Shown here: piece by piece, positions 52,206-63,193 of the stretch | Position numbering within the stretch: the stretch's first letter is position 1 | Layout: every line of letters begins with the position of its first letter | Assembly (NCBI GenBank): GCA_963734505.1 | Contig: CAVTHH010000011.1 | Span: 8,196 to 72,195, forward strand | Origin: Candidatus Bathyarchaeota archaeon | Lineage (GTDB): Archaea > Thermoproteota > Bathyarchaeia > Bathyarchaeales > Bathycorpusculaceae | Length of the DNA: 64,000 bases | Direction: 5' to 3' | Position numbers and translations under genes: made by a program | The notes under the pieces: generated by a model | What the model saw: only the letters and a program-made list of their open reading frames with translations | Databases searched by the model: none | What the model was told of the DNA's origin: nothing

Positions 52206-55092
52206 CCTTTTCTTTTGCTCTCAAGACTTCGTTGTCAAGTATTCTCCTCAGGAAACTGCCAGTGTACGAACGCGGGTTTTCAGCAACTTCTTCGGGTGTC
52301 CCCTGTGCTATGATTTCTCCGCCTGACTCCCCACCTTCAGGACCCAAATCGATGAGGTAGTCGCAGCTTTTTATTACGTCTAAATTGTGTTCTATGACAT
52401 AAACCGTGTTTCCCTTGGCGACTAGTCTGTTCAAAACTTTGATGAGTCGTTTAACATCGTCAAAATGCAGTCCAGTAGTGGGTTCATCGAGCATGTAGAC
52501 GACGTGACCTGACTTGTGTTTGCTGAGTTCACGAGTAATTTTGATGCGCTGGCTTTCTCCTCCTGATAGTGTGGTTGAGCTCTGTCCCAATTTTATGTAG
52601 CCTAACCCGACATCCAGCAAAGTCTGGAGTTTCCTCGCAAGTGATGGCATGTTTTCAAAAAACTGAGCTGCCTCTTCGACCGTCATGTCCAACACTTCGG
52701 CAATGTTCTTTCCCTTATAGAGCACGTTGAGCGTCTCCAAATTGTACCGTCTTCCTTTGCACTCACTGCATTGAACATAAACGTCGGGAAGAAAGTTCAT
52801 CTCGATACGCAATACACCGTCTCCTTGGCAAGTCTCGCATCTGCCCCCTTTTACATTGAAACTAAATCTGCCTGGATTGTATCCGCGGGCTCTGGCCTCC
52901 TTTGTAGTGGCGAAAATCCGTCGAATTTCGTCGAAGAGTTTTGTGTAGGTAGCAGGGTTGCTTCTGGGAGTTCTCCCGATGGGATCTTGGTCTATGACAA
53001 CGACATTGTTAACAAATCCTGGAACTTCGACCGTTTTGTGCTTTCCGACTTTGTCGATTCGTTCACCGAATTTCTCTTTCAATACGGGCATCACGGTCTG
53101 ATTCATCAGCGTGCTTTTTCCTGATCCGGAGACGCCTGTAACTCCGCACAGCACTCCTAAAGGAAGATTTACAGTGAGGTCTTTTAGATTGTTCTCTTCT
53201 GCTCCAGTTATTGTGGTATAATCACAGGGTTTTCTCCGCTCTTCAGGCACCTCGATTCTTAACTTGCCCGAGAGATACTTGCCTGTTATGCTTTTCTTGC
53301 TCGTAATGATTTCTTCAGGAAAGCCTTCGCAAACCACGTGCCCACCGTGAACTCCCGCTCCGGGACCCATGTCCACTATGTAATCTGCGTTCCGTATAGT
53401 CTCTTCATCATGCTCTACAACAATCAGCGTGTTACCGAGGTCGCGAAGCCTGTGCAGAGTAGCGATAAGCTTAGCATTGTCTCTTTGGTGCAAACCTATG
53501 CTTGGCTCGTCAAGAATGTACAAGACACCCATCAAATTGCTGCCAATCTGCGTGGCCAGCCGAATCCTTTGTGCCTCGCCTCCTGAAAGTGTCTTCGCCG
53601 CCCTGGAGAGCGAAATGTACCCTAAACCCACGTTCTTAAGAAAACCTAATCGTTCATTAATTTCCTTGAGAACCTGCTTGGCAATAGCCAGTTCTTTCTC
53701 ATTCAATTGAGATGGCAAATTTGAGAAAAAATCTACTGCTTGGTCAATCGATAGATCCGTAGTATCTATGATGTTCTTGCCTAGGATTTGGACTGCTAGG
53801 ACAACCGGTTTCAAGCGTTTTCCATCACATGAATTGCAGAGACTGGATTTCATGAACTTTTCAATTTCTTCTTTCCGCCATTCGCTTTCTGTTTGACGGA
53901 ACAGTCTCATCGTCTGAGGAATCACGCCCTCCCAGCCGTCGCGCATCCACATATTGGCTCCATTGGACCAAATTCCGTTGATAGGCTCTCGATCACCGTA
54001 AAGAAGAATCTTCAGCTGTTTTTCAGTGAAATCTTTAATTGGAGTGAAGACATCGAAGCCATGCCTCTTGCCCACCATCGCTAACTGTTGTGCACGCCAA
54101 CTTAGATCCATCCTTCCGTAAACCGCTAAAGCGCCATCCATGATCGATTTGTTTCTATTTGGAATAACAAGATCTTCGGAGACTTCGGTGATTTCTCCTA
54201 ATCCGTGGCAAGTTGGGCAAGCTCCGAAAGGTGAATTGAAAGAGAACATGCGCGGTTCGAGACTCTCAAAAACGACGTCGGGATGATTAGGGCAGGCCCC
54301 GAAAGTACTCAACGTGTTTTCGTCTTCGAAGCGTGTCATTTCACTTCGTCTATCCTCAAAGGCCTTTTTTGAGTCAATTAATATCATAGTTCCTTTTCCA
54401 ATCTGCAGTGCTTGCTCAACCGCTTCGGCGATTCTGGAGCGCTCGTCATCCTCGATTTTGGCAGTATCTATGACGACCTCGATCCAATGCTTCTCGTACC
54501 GTACGAGTTTGACTTCTTCCTTTATTGACTCTGAGTCATAGATTTTCTGGTCCACTCTGATCTTGGTGAATCCTTCTTTCTTCAAATCATCGAATATCTG
54601 CTCATGGGTTCCTTTCATGCCCCTGATGATAGGAGCAAGAAAAACCAGTGTTTTTCCTTTTTCTGATGCCATTATCAGGTTGGCTATATTTTCGGGACTG
54701 CGAGGGCGAATTGCGCTGCCACATTTCGGGCAATGATGGATGCCTATTCGTGCGAAGAGTAGACGAAGGTAGTCATAAATTTCGGTTACAGTTCCAACTG
54801 TAGAACGCGGGTTCTTGCTTGTGCTTTTCTGTTCTATAGAAATCGCTGGTGACAATCCATCTATCGAGTCCACGTCGGGTTTGTCCATCAATCCTAGAAA
54901 CTGTCGGGCATAAGCGCTAAGACTTTCAACGTATCTTCGTTGCCCTTCCGCGTATATGGTGTCAAAGGCTAAGGTGGATTTGCCTGAGCCGGAAAGTCCG
55001 GTAATTACGGTTAATTTGTTTCTCGGGAGTTCTACATCTATGTTTTTGAGATTGTGTTCTCGAGCGCCTTTGACAGAGATTGTATCTTTCAT
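52177..55092 (-). CDS. uvrA: excinuclease ABC subunit A
   Basis: [17 protein letters not shown], two LSGGE signatures, [11 protein letters not shown]. Confidence 0.97.
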   Translation of the reverse strand: MKDTISVKGAREHNLKNIDVELPRNKLTVITGLSGSGKSTLAFDTIYAEGQRRYVESLSAYARQFLGLMDKPDVDSIDGLSPAISIEQKSTSKNPRSTVGTVTEIYDYLRLLFARIGIHHCPKCGSAIRPRSPENIANLIMASEKGKTLVFLAPIIRGMKGTHEQIFDDLKKEGFTKIRVDQKIYDSESIKEEVKLVRYEKHWIEVVIDTAKIEDDERSRIAEAVEQALQIGKGTMILIDSKKAFEDRRSEMTRFEDENTLSTFGACPNHPDVVFESLEPRMFSFNSPFGACPTCHGLGEITEVSEDLVIPNRNKSIMDGALAVYGRMDLSWRAQQLAMVGKRHGFDVFTPIKDFTEKQLKILLYGDREPINGIWSNGANMWMRDGWEGVIPQTMRLFRQTESEWRKEEIEKFMKSSLCNSCDGKRLKPVVLAVQILGKNIIDTTDLSIDQAVDFFSNLPSQLNEKELAIAKQVLKEINERLGFLKNVGLGYISLSRAAKTLSGGEAQRIRLATQIGSNLMGVLYILDEPSIGLHQRDNAKLIATLHRLRDLGNTLIVVEHDEETIRNADYIVDMGPGAGVHGGHVVCEGFPEEIITSKKSITGKYLSGKLRIEVPEERRKPCDYTTITGAEENNLKDLTVNLPLGVLCGVTGVSGSGKSTLMNQTVMPVLKEKFGERIDKVGKHKTVEVPGFVNNVVVIDQDPIGRTPRSNPATYTKLFDEIRRIFATTKEARARGYNPGRFSFNVKGGRCETCQGDGVLRIEMNFLPDVYVQCSECKGRRYNLETLNVLYKGKNIAEVLDMTVEEAAQFFENMPSLARKLQTLLDVGLGYIKLGQSSTTLSGGESQRIKITRELSKHKSGHVVYMLDEPTTGLHFDDVKRLIKVLNRLVAKGNTVYVIEHNLDVIKSCDYLIDLGPEGGESGGEIIAQGTPEEVAENPRSYTGSFLRRILDNEVLRAKEKVASPIDTLN

Positions 55093-55166
55093 GGGTCTCT
55101 CTAATTCCAGTCTGCTTTCTTGTGAACCGTATCCTGTTTTAACATAAGCATTAGAACCTTTTTCCT

Positions 55167-57131
55167 CTAAGCCAACTCTCTCAATGGAGTATTCCTCTTT
55201 CCTTCTTTCATAGTGAGAGTTCTGGTAAGTTCTGTTATCGCGTCTCTAAACTCGATAGCTTTCTCAAAATCCAATTTTTCAGCGGCTTCTTTCATTCGAG
55301 CATCAAGCTCAATAATCTGGCGTTGAATATCGGACACAGCGAGATGTTTCGCTCCTTTTATGATGCCCTCCTTATGCGAAACGCCTTTGACTATCGTTCT
55401 TGGGGTTATGCCGTGGATACTGTTAAACCGCATTTGAAATTTGCGGCGGTACATGGTGATTTCCATAGCGCGTTTAATCGATTGGGTCTTTATGTCCGCA
55501 TAAAGTATTACTTTGCCGTTAGCGTTCCGTGCTGCGCGTCCAATTGTCTGGATGAGGCTACGCTCGTCGCGGAGGAAGCCTTCTTTGTCTGCATCCAATA
55601 TGAAAATTGTTGCAACTTCGGGAATGTCTAAGCCTTCCCGGAGCAGGTTTATTCCCACTAGGATGTCATATTCTCCTACACGGAGTTGACGAACAAGTTC
55701 GATGCGGTCAAGACTTTCAATTTCAGAGTGGAGATATCTCACTCGGAAGCCTTCTTTGGCAAGATAATCTGAAAGGTCTTCAGCCATTCGCTTGGTAAGG
55801 GTTGTTACCAATATCCGGTCCCCGCGATCAATTGTTTTCCTTGCCTCTTGCATGAGATGCTGCATCTGGCCTTCGACTTTGTGAAGCTCAACTTCGGGAT
55901 CTAGTAAGCCTGTTGGACGAGTGATGACCTCTACGGGTGGGCCACTTTTCCCAAGTTCATACTCAGCCGGCGTTGCTGAAACAAAGAGAGTCTTATTCAT
56001 CTTCTTTTCAAACTCTTCAAACTTAAGGGGCCTATTATCAAACGCGCTGGGGAGACGAAAGCCGAAGTCGACCAGATTTTTCTTTCTGGCGTAGTCGCCG
56101 TTGTACATGGCCCGAGACTGAGGTATGGTTTGGTGGCTTTCATCGATTATGAGAAGATAGTCTTTTGGGAAGTAATCAATGAGAACGAATGGGGGCTCAC
56201 CAGCTTTGCGACCATCGAAATGGCGGCTGTAGTTTTCTATTCCTGCACAGAAACCCACTTCTCTGATCATTTCTAGATCGTAATTCGTTCTTTGCTTGAG
56301 CCGTTGAGCTTCAAGTGGTGGAAGTTGAGGAAGTCTAATGTCCAATTCTTCTCTTATGCTGAATAGGGCGTGCTGCTGTTTCTGCTCCGGAACTACATAC
56401 TGTCTTGCTGGATAGATCGTAATATTATCAACAGAGAGCTTTGTGTCGCCTGTTAGAGCGTTGACCTCTTTGATTTTCTTGATTTTTCCCATTTCAAGTT
56501 CGATTCGTATGATATCGTTCTCGTAAGTTGGAATCACGTCTACTGTGTCTCCTCTCACTCGGAATCTGCCCGATTCGAGAACAGTGTCGTTGCGTTCGTA
56601 CTGCATGTCAATCAGAGAATTTATGAGGCTTCGGCGATCCGCTTCTTCTCCTATTCGGATAGGGATAGCCATTGTTCTGAAATCTTCTGGGTTACCCAGA
56701 CTGTATATGCAGCTAATACTTGAGACAACAATCGTGTCTTCGCGGCTTACAACGCTGGAGACAGCGTGCATACGCATTTTTTCGATCTGCTCATTCACGC
56801 TAGAATCCTTTTCGATATACGTGTCAGTTGTCGGTAGATAGGATTCTGGCTGATAGTAATCGTAGAAGCTGATGAAGTATTCAACACGATTATTAGGAAA
56901 GAGCTCTTTCAGTTCAGCGTATAGCTGCGCAGCTAAAGTCTTATTGTGCGCAATAATGAGGGTGGGTTTTTGCAGACGGCTGATAACGTTGGCCATGACA
57001 AAGGTCTTGCCGCTGCCTGTGATTCCCAATAGCGTCTGCTTTTCCTTTTTTGAGAAAGTCTCAGCGATCTCGCACACTGCGGCCTCTTGACCTGGAGAAA
57101 GCTGAAAAGGCGCCTTGAGCTCAAACTGCAC
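55167..57131 (-). CDS. uvrB: excinuclease ABC subunit B
   Basis: GITGSGKT, YDYYQPE.Y.P, DESH, GINLLREGLD, QTIGRAARN. Confidence 0.97.
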   Translation of the reverse strand: MQFELKAPFQLSPGQEAAVCEIAETFSKKEKQTLLGITGSGKTFVMANVISRLQKPTLIIAHNKTLAAQLYAELKELFPNNRVEYFISFYDYYQPESYLPTTDTYIEKDSSVNEQIEKMRMHAVSSVVSREDTIVVSSISCIYSLGNPEDFRTMAIPIRIGEEADRRSLINSLIDMQYERNDTVLESGRFRVRGDTVDVIPTYENDIIRIELEMGKIKKIKEVNALTGDTKLSVDNITIYPARQYVVPEQKQQHALFSIREELDIRLPQLPPLEAQRLKQRTNYDLEMIREVGFCAGIENYSRHFDGRKAGEPPFVLIDYFPKDYLLIIDESHQTIPQSRAMYNGDYARKKNLVDFGFRLPSAFDNRPLKFEEFEKKMNKTLFVSATPAEYELGKSGPPVEVITRPTGLLDPEVELHKVEGQMQHLMQEARKTIDRGDRILVTTLTKRMAEDLSDYLAKEGFRVRYLHSEIESLDRIELVRQLRVGEYDILVGINLLREGLDIPEVATIFILDADKEGFLRDERSLIQTIGRAARNANGKVILYADIKTQSIKRAMEITMYRRKFQMRFNSIHGITPRTIVKGVSHKEGIIKGAKHLAVSDIQRQIIELDARMKEAAEKLDFEKAIEFRDAITELTRTLTMKEGKRNTPLRELA

Positions 57132-57400
57132 TCTTCTTCCCCCCTGCGGAATGACAAGAAATATTCAAAATCGAATTAAGGACTTATAAGAGTTTGTGGA
57201 AACTTACCCGAGCGAGGCAGACAAACTAACTGACGACTATTGGACATTGTCAACGAAGTAAGACATTTCGCTTTCCCATCTAACCGAGATTCCCAATGCA
57301 ACAAAGACTCTGTCCCTTTATTCCGTAAACCAATTCATAGATTAAAACGAATCTACAAACCCATGGCACTCTTTTCAAAAAGAGTGCGTTTAGCGTCTCG

Positions 57401-57958
57401 TTATGTCACCAAGTGTTCAAGAAGAATTCTTATTCCAATGGCAATGAGTATGATTCCGCCTACGGCTTTTATTCTATTTCCAAAGAAGTTTCCGATAACA
57501 TTGCCAAAAAGAAAGCCCGCATATGAGAGGGAGAATGTTACAATGCCAATAACAACTATTGGTGCCAGGATATCTGTTTGTAGAAAGGCGAAGCTTAAAC
57601 CAACCATCAAAGCGTCGATACTAGTCGCGATGGACAATGTTAGAAGAGCATGTAAACGAAGACTACTTCCCCCCTGAGAGGTTTCCTTTTTTGTGGAATC
57701 ATAAATCATTTTTGAACCGATCAAAACCAAAAGACCGAAAGCAATCCAGTGATCAATTCCCTTGATCAGATCTTCCAATTCAATCCCTGCAAACCATCCG
57801 ATCAGTGGCATAATCATTTGGAACGCGCCAAAAAAAGAGGCAATGATAAGTGCACTCTTTCGCTTGTGGGTTTCAATAGATAATCCTCGAGCTATTGAAA
57901 CCGCGAAAGCGTCCATCGCCAGACCAACTGCAATCAACGTTATGGTGAGAACATCCAT
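57401..57958 (-). CDS. mntP: manganese efflux pump MntP
   Basis: LAMDAFAVS, FQ..MP.IGW, DHWIAF.LL, ATSIDAL.VG. Confidence 0.9.
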   Translation of the reverse strand: MDVLTITLIAVGLAMDAFAVSIARGLSIETHKRKSALIIASFFGAFQMIMPLIGWFAGIELEDLIKGIDHWIAFGLLVLIGSKMIYDSTKKETSQGGSSLRLHALLTLSIATSIDALMVGLSFAFLQTDILAPIVVIGIVTFSLSYAGFLFGNVIGNFFGNRIKAVGGIILIAIGIRILLEHLVT

Positions 57959-58220
57959 TCAAATCACATGCAAGTCATTTTTCCGTAGAGAACTCTGTTG
58001 AGAATATAGGCTTTTTGATATGGATCACAAGTTCGGAGCAGGAGACTCCCTTAAGAAACAGAGTTCTAAGCGCAGATCTTTTCGATCCAGCTTTCTTGCG
58101 CAGACCATCAATTCTTGCAAGGAAAGTGATCACAAGCCAACTATTCAGTCTTGGATAGCCTCGCTAACTGCTCTTGTCAGAACAAAAAAGAAAAAATGGG
58201 GGAGCTTGATTTATTGAAAT

Positions 58221-58718
58221 CTATGGACTCGGTGATGTAGTCGAAGTAATAGAAGCGAAAGCCTGCTTTACTTGAACAACGACTGTGCCTGCCATGCGGT
58301 CACTGTATTTCTGTCGTTTGTCACCCGGAGTCGCGACACCAATCAACCAATCCAACAGTAGGAAAACCCAGAAAATCTTGCTAATGTTGCGAATAAACGA
58401 CTTCCCATAGGTGACTTTGCCGCCATTGACCATCTGAACCTGTAAGCCAAAGATACGCTTTCCAATAGTCCCGCCCCACGAAACCTCCAGCACTAGGAAG
58501 TACAACACCGAGAGAATGCCAATCACTAGTGGTAATACGAACACGTAACCCCACGAAGCCCAGACTCCTGAGTACGCATCGACAAAAAGAAGCGGTACAA
58601 ACAACACTAAGACCAAGATTGCAGCAATGATGCCAAGTATGATGGTGTCGACGATGAAAGCGATCAACCGCAAGAGCCAATGACCCATATCTATCTGCGA
58701 ACTGCTGTCTGTTGTCAT
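58221..58718 (-). CDS. RDD family protein
   Basis: RLIAFIVD, TIGKRIFGL, QKYSDRMAGTVVV. Confidence 0.88.
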   Translation of the reverse strand: MTTDSSSQIDMGHWLLRLIAFIVDTIILGIIAAILVLVLFVPLLFVDAYSGVWASWGYVFVLPLVIGILSVLYFLVLEVSWGGTIGKRIFGLQVQMVNGGKVTYGKSFIRNISKIFWVFLLLDWLIGVATPGDKRQKYSDRMAGTVVVQVKQAFASITSTTSPSP

Positions 58719-58728
58719 TTTTTCAACC

Positions 58729-58763
58729 CTTATTTCATTTTGTAGCTTATTTCATTTTGTAGC
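58729..58763. repeat. perfect tandem 17-bp duplication (CTTATTTCATTTTGTAG)x2
   Basis: read directly, just upstream of the RDD start. Confidence 0.85.
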
Positions 58764-59147
58764 AAGGGGTTATTATCATTTGCTAGGAAGGAGACTCCGC
58801 TAAAGGCACCCCATGGACAATTTCAACGCTAACCGCGATAAAGAAGGCGTGTCCAAGGAATAGAAACAAAGCGCAAATACAGGGACGACACTCTTGCTTG
58901 GATCATTATTGGCTATTACACTACTAACTGAAAAATCTAGCAATAGCTGGGTTTTCTTGTTCACATGGATCTCATTTCTGCAACAGTCCTTTGAAAGGGT
59001 AGATGACGGTTAGTCCTGTCAATTTTGAAGCCCTCGCGTTTTTCAGATGTAGAAAAACTTTGGCATAGCACCTGCGGACATGTTTATGGTTATGCTTGGC
59101 AAAAGAATAAATTCAAAAAAGTCACACTAGTAGTGGAAGGAAAGCCT

Positions 59148-59348
59148 ATGTGTATGGGAAAAGTGGTTGTTCGTTGCCCTAGATGCGCAAAACAGCTGCA
59201 AGTTACCAGACCAGACAGCTCCCACCCATTTTGGTCCGTGAATAGGCCCAAAGAAGACGAAGGAATAGCTAACGTGATAATACAGGATCTCGAATGTAAG
59301 AATACAGAATGTTCTAAAAGATTTTCAGTCTATTGGTACGACAAATAG
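59148..59348 (+). CDS. small Zn-ribbon protein
   Basis: CPRC...RPDS.HP.WS...CKNTEC...F.VYWY. Confidence 0.65.
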   Translation: MCMGKVVVRCPRCAKQLQVTRPDSSHPFWSVNRPKEDEGIANVIIQDLECKNTECSKRFSVYWYDK

Positions 59349-59492
59349 TTTGGTAACGCTCTACCAAAACCCTTTTTGTTGTTTTAGCGCTCGCTGATAG
59401 TAGACCTGCAAACTGGATGCTAGGAGAAAGGTTGCAGCAAATACACCACACCTACATTTCTTCTTAGACTTTAGGTCAGAATTCGCGTAGAA

Positions 59493-59567
59493 TGGACCGA
59501 GCGGGATTTGAACCCGCGGCTTCCGCCTTGCGAAGGCGGCGATCATACCAGACTGATCTACCGGCCC
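59493..59567 (-). tRNA. tRNA-Ala(CGC), intronless, CCA not encoded
   Basis: GGGCCGG...CCGCC-TT-CGC-AA-GGCGG...GGTTCAAATCC...TCGGTCC-A; G3:U70 Ala identity pair. Confidence 0.95.
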
Positions 59568-59718
59568 ATCGAAACACGATCAAAAAAAGAATAGCCCTTG
59601 AATATAAAAGAATAATGCCGCAGAAAATTTACGATTGTACACCATTGGACCGAATATTGACTAATGCGGATTCAAATAGCGCGTGCTGAGCGTGAAAGAC
59701 TCTGACATGGAACGGATC

Positions 59719-59910
59719 TCATTCTTCGCCGAATGATCCATGCTCTATCCTAGCATGGGTTTTCCTGTAGCGTTCCTCGTGGTCTTGCTTTCCACTCCCA
59801 AAACAATCCAGATGGCTTCGCAAGTCTGCTTGAGTCAAAAAAATGCATGGGCAAAAGGGACACTTGAGTCCTTGTTTGATTTCCTTTTCTTCGACCATGA
59901 TTTCTAGCAC
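59719..59910 (-). CDS. small C2H2-like Zn-finger protein
   Basis: CPFCPCIF.T..DL..HL. Confidence 0.6.
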   Translation of the reverse strand: MLEIMVEEKEIKQGLKCPFCPCIFLTQADLRSHLDCFGSGKQDHEERYRKTHARIEHGSFGEE

Positions 59911-59917
59911 CCATACT

Positions 59918-62900
59918 TTAGTGGATGTTCAGGTAGATCCTCTTTCCATCCAGTTCTGACTCATGCCAATCCGCCTCGACTGAGGTGTGGTCACCGTGCA
60001 AGTACACTTTTTTGGAGCGAACCAACCCAGCCATCTCCTCCAAATAGGATTGTAGAAGAGTCTGGCTCTCGTCATCAAGTTCCGCGATATGAACCGCGTC
60101 TAACACATCCGTTGGAACAAAGCCCAATTCCTTTCTCAAAGCTTGGACACGACGAGCTAGATCTCGCATGATTCCTTCACCAAGAAGCGTGTCATCGCGA
60201 TGTCCGCTCACAAAAACGGACACGTCGCCTTCTGACGCGGATGCCCAGTCGCCACATCCAACAATATCTGGAACCTTCGAGGCATATTCCACATTTTTAA
60301 CATTCGTGAGTTCCAAGAACAACCGCTCCAAAAGCCTCACTGCCTCAGCCATCTTCTCTGGCGCGACCACCACTATATTGGACAGAGGCCATCTCCGCTT
60401 AAGCTTAGCCTGCTGTCTAGCGGCATAAGCCAACGAGACGCATTTGAACAAAGCTTCGAATTGCTCTTCCAGATCTTTATCTCGCAGCTTCTCATCTGGA
60501 ACTGGCCAACACTCCATATTAACTGATCCAGGTAGCTTCGAGTCCAGCTTCTTGTAGACTTTCTGGTATAAAGCCTCACTGAGGAACGGTGTCACTGGAT
60601 TGAAGAGTAAAGTTATCGTCTTCAGAGTATGGTGCAATAAGGCGTATATGGTCTGTCGCCGCTCAAGGGTTTCAGGGTCATCGGTCCAGAGTTCTTTTCG
60701 AATCATTGGTACATAAAGTCTGCTTAAGGTCTCAATCACGAAATCCTCGAGGATTGCGACGGCAGCGTTGAATTCGCATAGTTCCAGTTTGTGTGTATAT
60801 TCCTCAATCTTCTCTTGTAGCTTGGAGAGCAACCATCTGTCTGCAGGCTGCAATGAAACCAAGATTCTATCTAATAATATCTTATTTCCCGCAAACCTGT
60901 ATCTGCTAGGTTCGAACTCATCAAATTCTGCGTTCTGCAGGAAAAACCTGCTCAAATGATATAGAGTAGAGAGCACCTGGTAAGGTCGGCGGCTGAGTTC
61001 TTGCAGGTCGAAGTTCATGAAGTCTATCGGCGAACACTTTCGCATCATGTAAAACCTGCACAGATCCGCAGAATATTTGTCAAGGAGCTTGGAGGTTTCA
61101 AGTACGTTACCCAAACTCTTGCTCATTTTCCTGCCCCTTGCATCTTGCGTTAAGCCTTGGAACAAGAAAGCATGATAGGGCCCCTGAGCCCGTCCAGTTA
61201 GTATAACGTGTTCCAGCAAAAGAGAGTTAGCCCATCCTCTCGTTTGGTCTATACCCTCAGTTAAAAAGTCCGTGGGTACAAATTTGTCAAATTGGGCATC
61301 AGTAAACCTTGCGTAAGGTGAAGCCCCACTGTTGTGCCAAGTGTCCAAAACATAGTCTTCTCTTTGCATTATGCCTCCGCAGTTTGGACATTTCAATTTG
61401 ACACGATCAACCCAAGGTTTGTGCAGCTCGAAATTGTAAGGCACTGCCTCTAAAGCATTCTCAACCAATTCTTTCTTGCTCGCGACCAACTTTTTCTGAC
61501 CACATTTCTGGCATGCCCATATCGGAAGTGGCGCACCCCAAACGCGCTCACGGGAAATGCACCACGGCTTGCCTTCCTTGAGGAATGACAAGAATCGGTT
61601 CTTTGGTTCATCAAAGTAATACTCGATTTTTTCGGCTGCCTCAAGAACTTTAGAGTTTATCTTGTCGGTTCTTAGGAAATACTCCTTCCTTGCCAACCAT
61701 ACCAATTTGTGATGCGAACGCCAACAAGTTGGGTATTCATGCTTGACCTTCTTCACCTGGACAAAGGCGTTTCGATCGCGAAGCTCCTCAACAACCAAGT
61801 AATCTGCTTCCCTAGCGAAGACCCCGTTAAACAAACCCGCTTCTTTTGTGAATTTGACTTCGTCATCAAAAGGCGCAAAGACAGGTACTTTTCGTCTCTG
61901 TGCTGCCCAAAAATCGTCTTCCCCATTTCCAGGAGATAGATGAACTACTCCGGTCGCAGTATTAACATCTACAAAGTCTTCAGCAATAACTGTGTGAACT
62001 ATCGAATTTTTGGTTTCCAGCTCTTTTTGCCCCGGAATTATGTCTTTAAGCGGGTAATCATACGGTGTTCCTTCAAGGCTTTTTCCAGCCATGCTTTCCA
62101 CGATTTCGTATTTTGATATGCTTAATTCCTGCATCACGGGCTCGACTCGCTGTCGAACCATTATCCAAAACTCACCGCCCACACGCACTCTAACATACTC
62201 AGCTCGTGGGTTAACCGCTAACATCGTGTCGGTGATTATCGTGAACGGCATGGTGGTCCAAACAAGAAAGTAGTCGTTTGAACTGTCTGTTTTCTTGAAT
62301 TTGAAATATAGGGATGGGTCTTCCACTTCTTTGTAGGAGCCTTCATAACCAACTTCTGCGCTGCTAAGCGATGTTTGACATCCTGGACAGTAAGCCACTA
62401 CATAGTGACCTTCTTCAAGTAGACCCTGTTCCCATGCGTGTTTGAGGTATTGCCATTCTCTTTCAATATAGTCATCCAAGTACGTCCAATAGGCTTTCTT
62501 CTGGTTGATGAAAATCCCCATGCGACTGTCAGCTTCCATCCATTCATGGTAGTACTTCATTATGACTTTTTTGCACTCTTCTATGAAGCGCTCTTGCCCA
62601 ACATGCTCCAGCAGTTCTCTCTTGTTCTTTACTCCCAAAAGCTTCTCAACTTCGAGCTCAACAGGGAGACCTTGGCAGTCCCAACCCGCCCAAAAAGGCA
62701 TGTAGTAACCTTGCATGGTTTTCCATCGATAGCGAATGTCTTTCATCACTCTCCCCCTGGCATGACCGATATGTGGAACGCCGTTCAGTGTAGGAGGTCC
62801 TTCAACATAGCCTAAAAATCCCTTATTTTCCTGCTCTCGAAGCTCAAGTTTATCTCGAATCTGGTTCGTTTCCCAAAAGAATCGAATTTCCTTTTCGAGT

Positions 62901-62974
62901 TCCAAGGGTTTGTAATCTCCGGTAAGACTTAAGTTAGAATTAGCGTCCGATTTTATAGCCACCTTGCAACACAA
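59918..62974 (-). CDS. ileS: isoleucyl-tRNA synthetase (archaeal/eukaryotic type)
   Basis: EGPP..NG.PHIGH, GWDCQGLP, WTT.P.T, WCISR.R.WG.P, DQTRGW, KMSKS. Confidence 0.96.
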   Translation of the reverse strand: MCCKVAIKSDANSNLSLTGDYKPLELEKEIRFFWETNQIRDKLELREQENKGFLGYVEGPPTLNGVPHIGHARGRVMKDIRYRWKTMQGYYMPFWAGWDCQGLPVELEVEKLLGVKNKRELLEHVGQERFIEECKKVIMKYYHEWMEADSRMGIFINQKKAYWTYLDDYIEREWQYLKHAWEQGLLEEGHYVVAYCPGCQTSLSSAEVGYEGSYKEVEDPSLYFKFKKTDSSNDYFLVWTTMPFTIITDTMLAVNPRAEYVRVRVGGEFWIMVRQRVEPVMQELSISKYEIVESMAGKSLEGTPYDYPLKDIIPGQKELETKNSIVHTVIAEDFVDVNTATGVVHLSPGNGEDDFWAAQRRKVPVFAPFDDEVKFTKEAGLFNGVFAREADYLVVEELRDRNAFVQVKKVKHEYPTCWRSHHKLVWLARKEYFLRTDKINSKVLEAAEKIEYYFDEPKNRFLSFLKEGKPWCISRERVWGAPLPIWACQKCGQKKLVASKKELVENALEAVPYNFELHKPWVDRVKLKCPNCGGIMQREDYVLDTWHNSGASPYARFTDAQFDKFVPTDFLTEGIDQTRGWANSLLLEHVILTGRAQGPYHAFLFQGLTQDARGRKMSKSLGNVLETSKLLDKYSADLCRFYMMRKCSPIDFMNFDLQELSRRPYQVLSTLYHLSRFFLQNAEFDEFEPSRYRFAGNKILLDRILVSLQPADRWLLSKLQEKIEEYTHKLELCEFNAAVAILEDFVIETLSRLYVPMIRKELWTDDPETLERRQTIYALLHHTLKTITLLFNPVTPFLSEALYQKVYKKLDSKLPGSVNMECWPVPDEKLRDKDLEEQFEALFKCVSLAYAARQQAKLKRRWPLSNIVVVAPEKMAEAVRLLERLFLELTNVKNVEYASKVPDIVGCGDWASASEGDVSVFVSGHRDDTLLGEGIMRDLARRVQALRKELGFVPTDVLDAVHIAELDDESQTLLQSYLEEMAGLVRSKKVYLHGDHTSVEADWHESELDGKRIYLNIH

Positions 62975-63193
62975 TCCATCGCAAATACATTGAGACAGTA
63001 TATAAAAGGATTAAGCTTCCAGGCTGCACTTAATTTCTTGTGTCAAATTTAAAAGCTAACTTAGGATATTACGTAGATAAAAACAGAATAAGCATAAAAC
63101 AAAGAGAGCACACTCAAACATCGTAATTAGGCAGATCATTCTTGAAATCCAGGACCCACAATCAAAGATATCTTCAAAGGTAGGGAGAAATAA

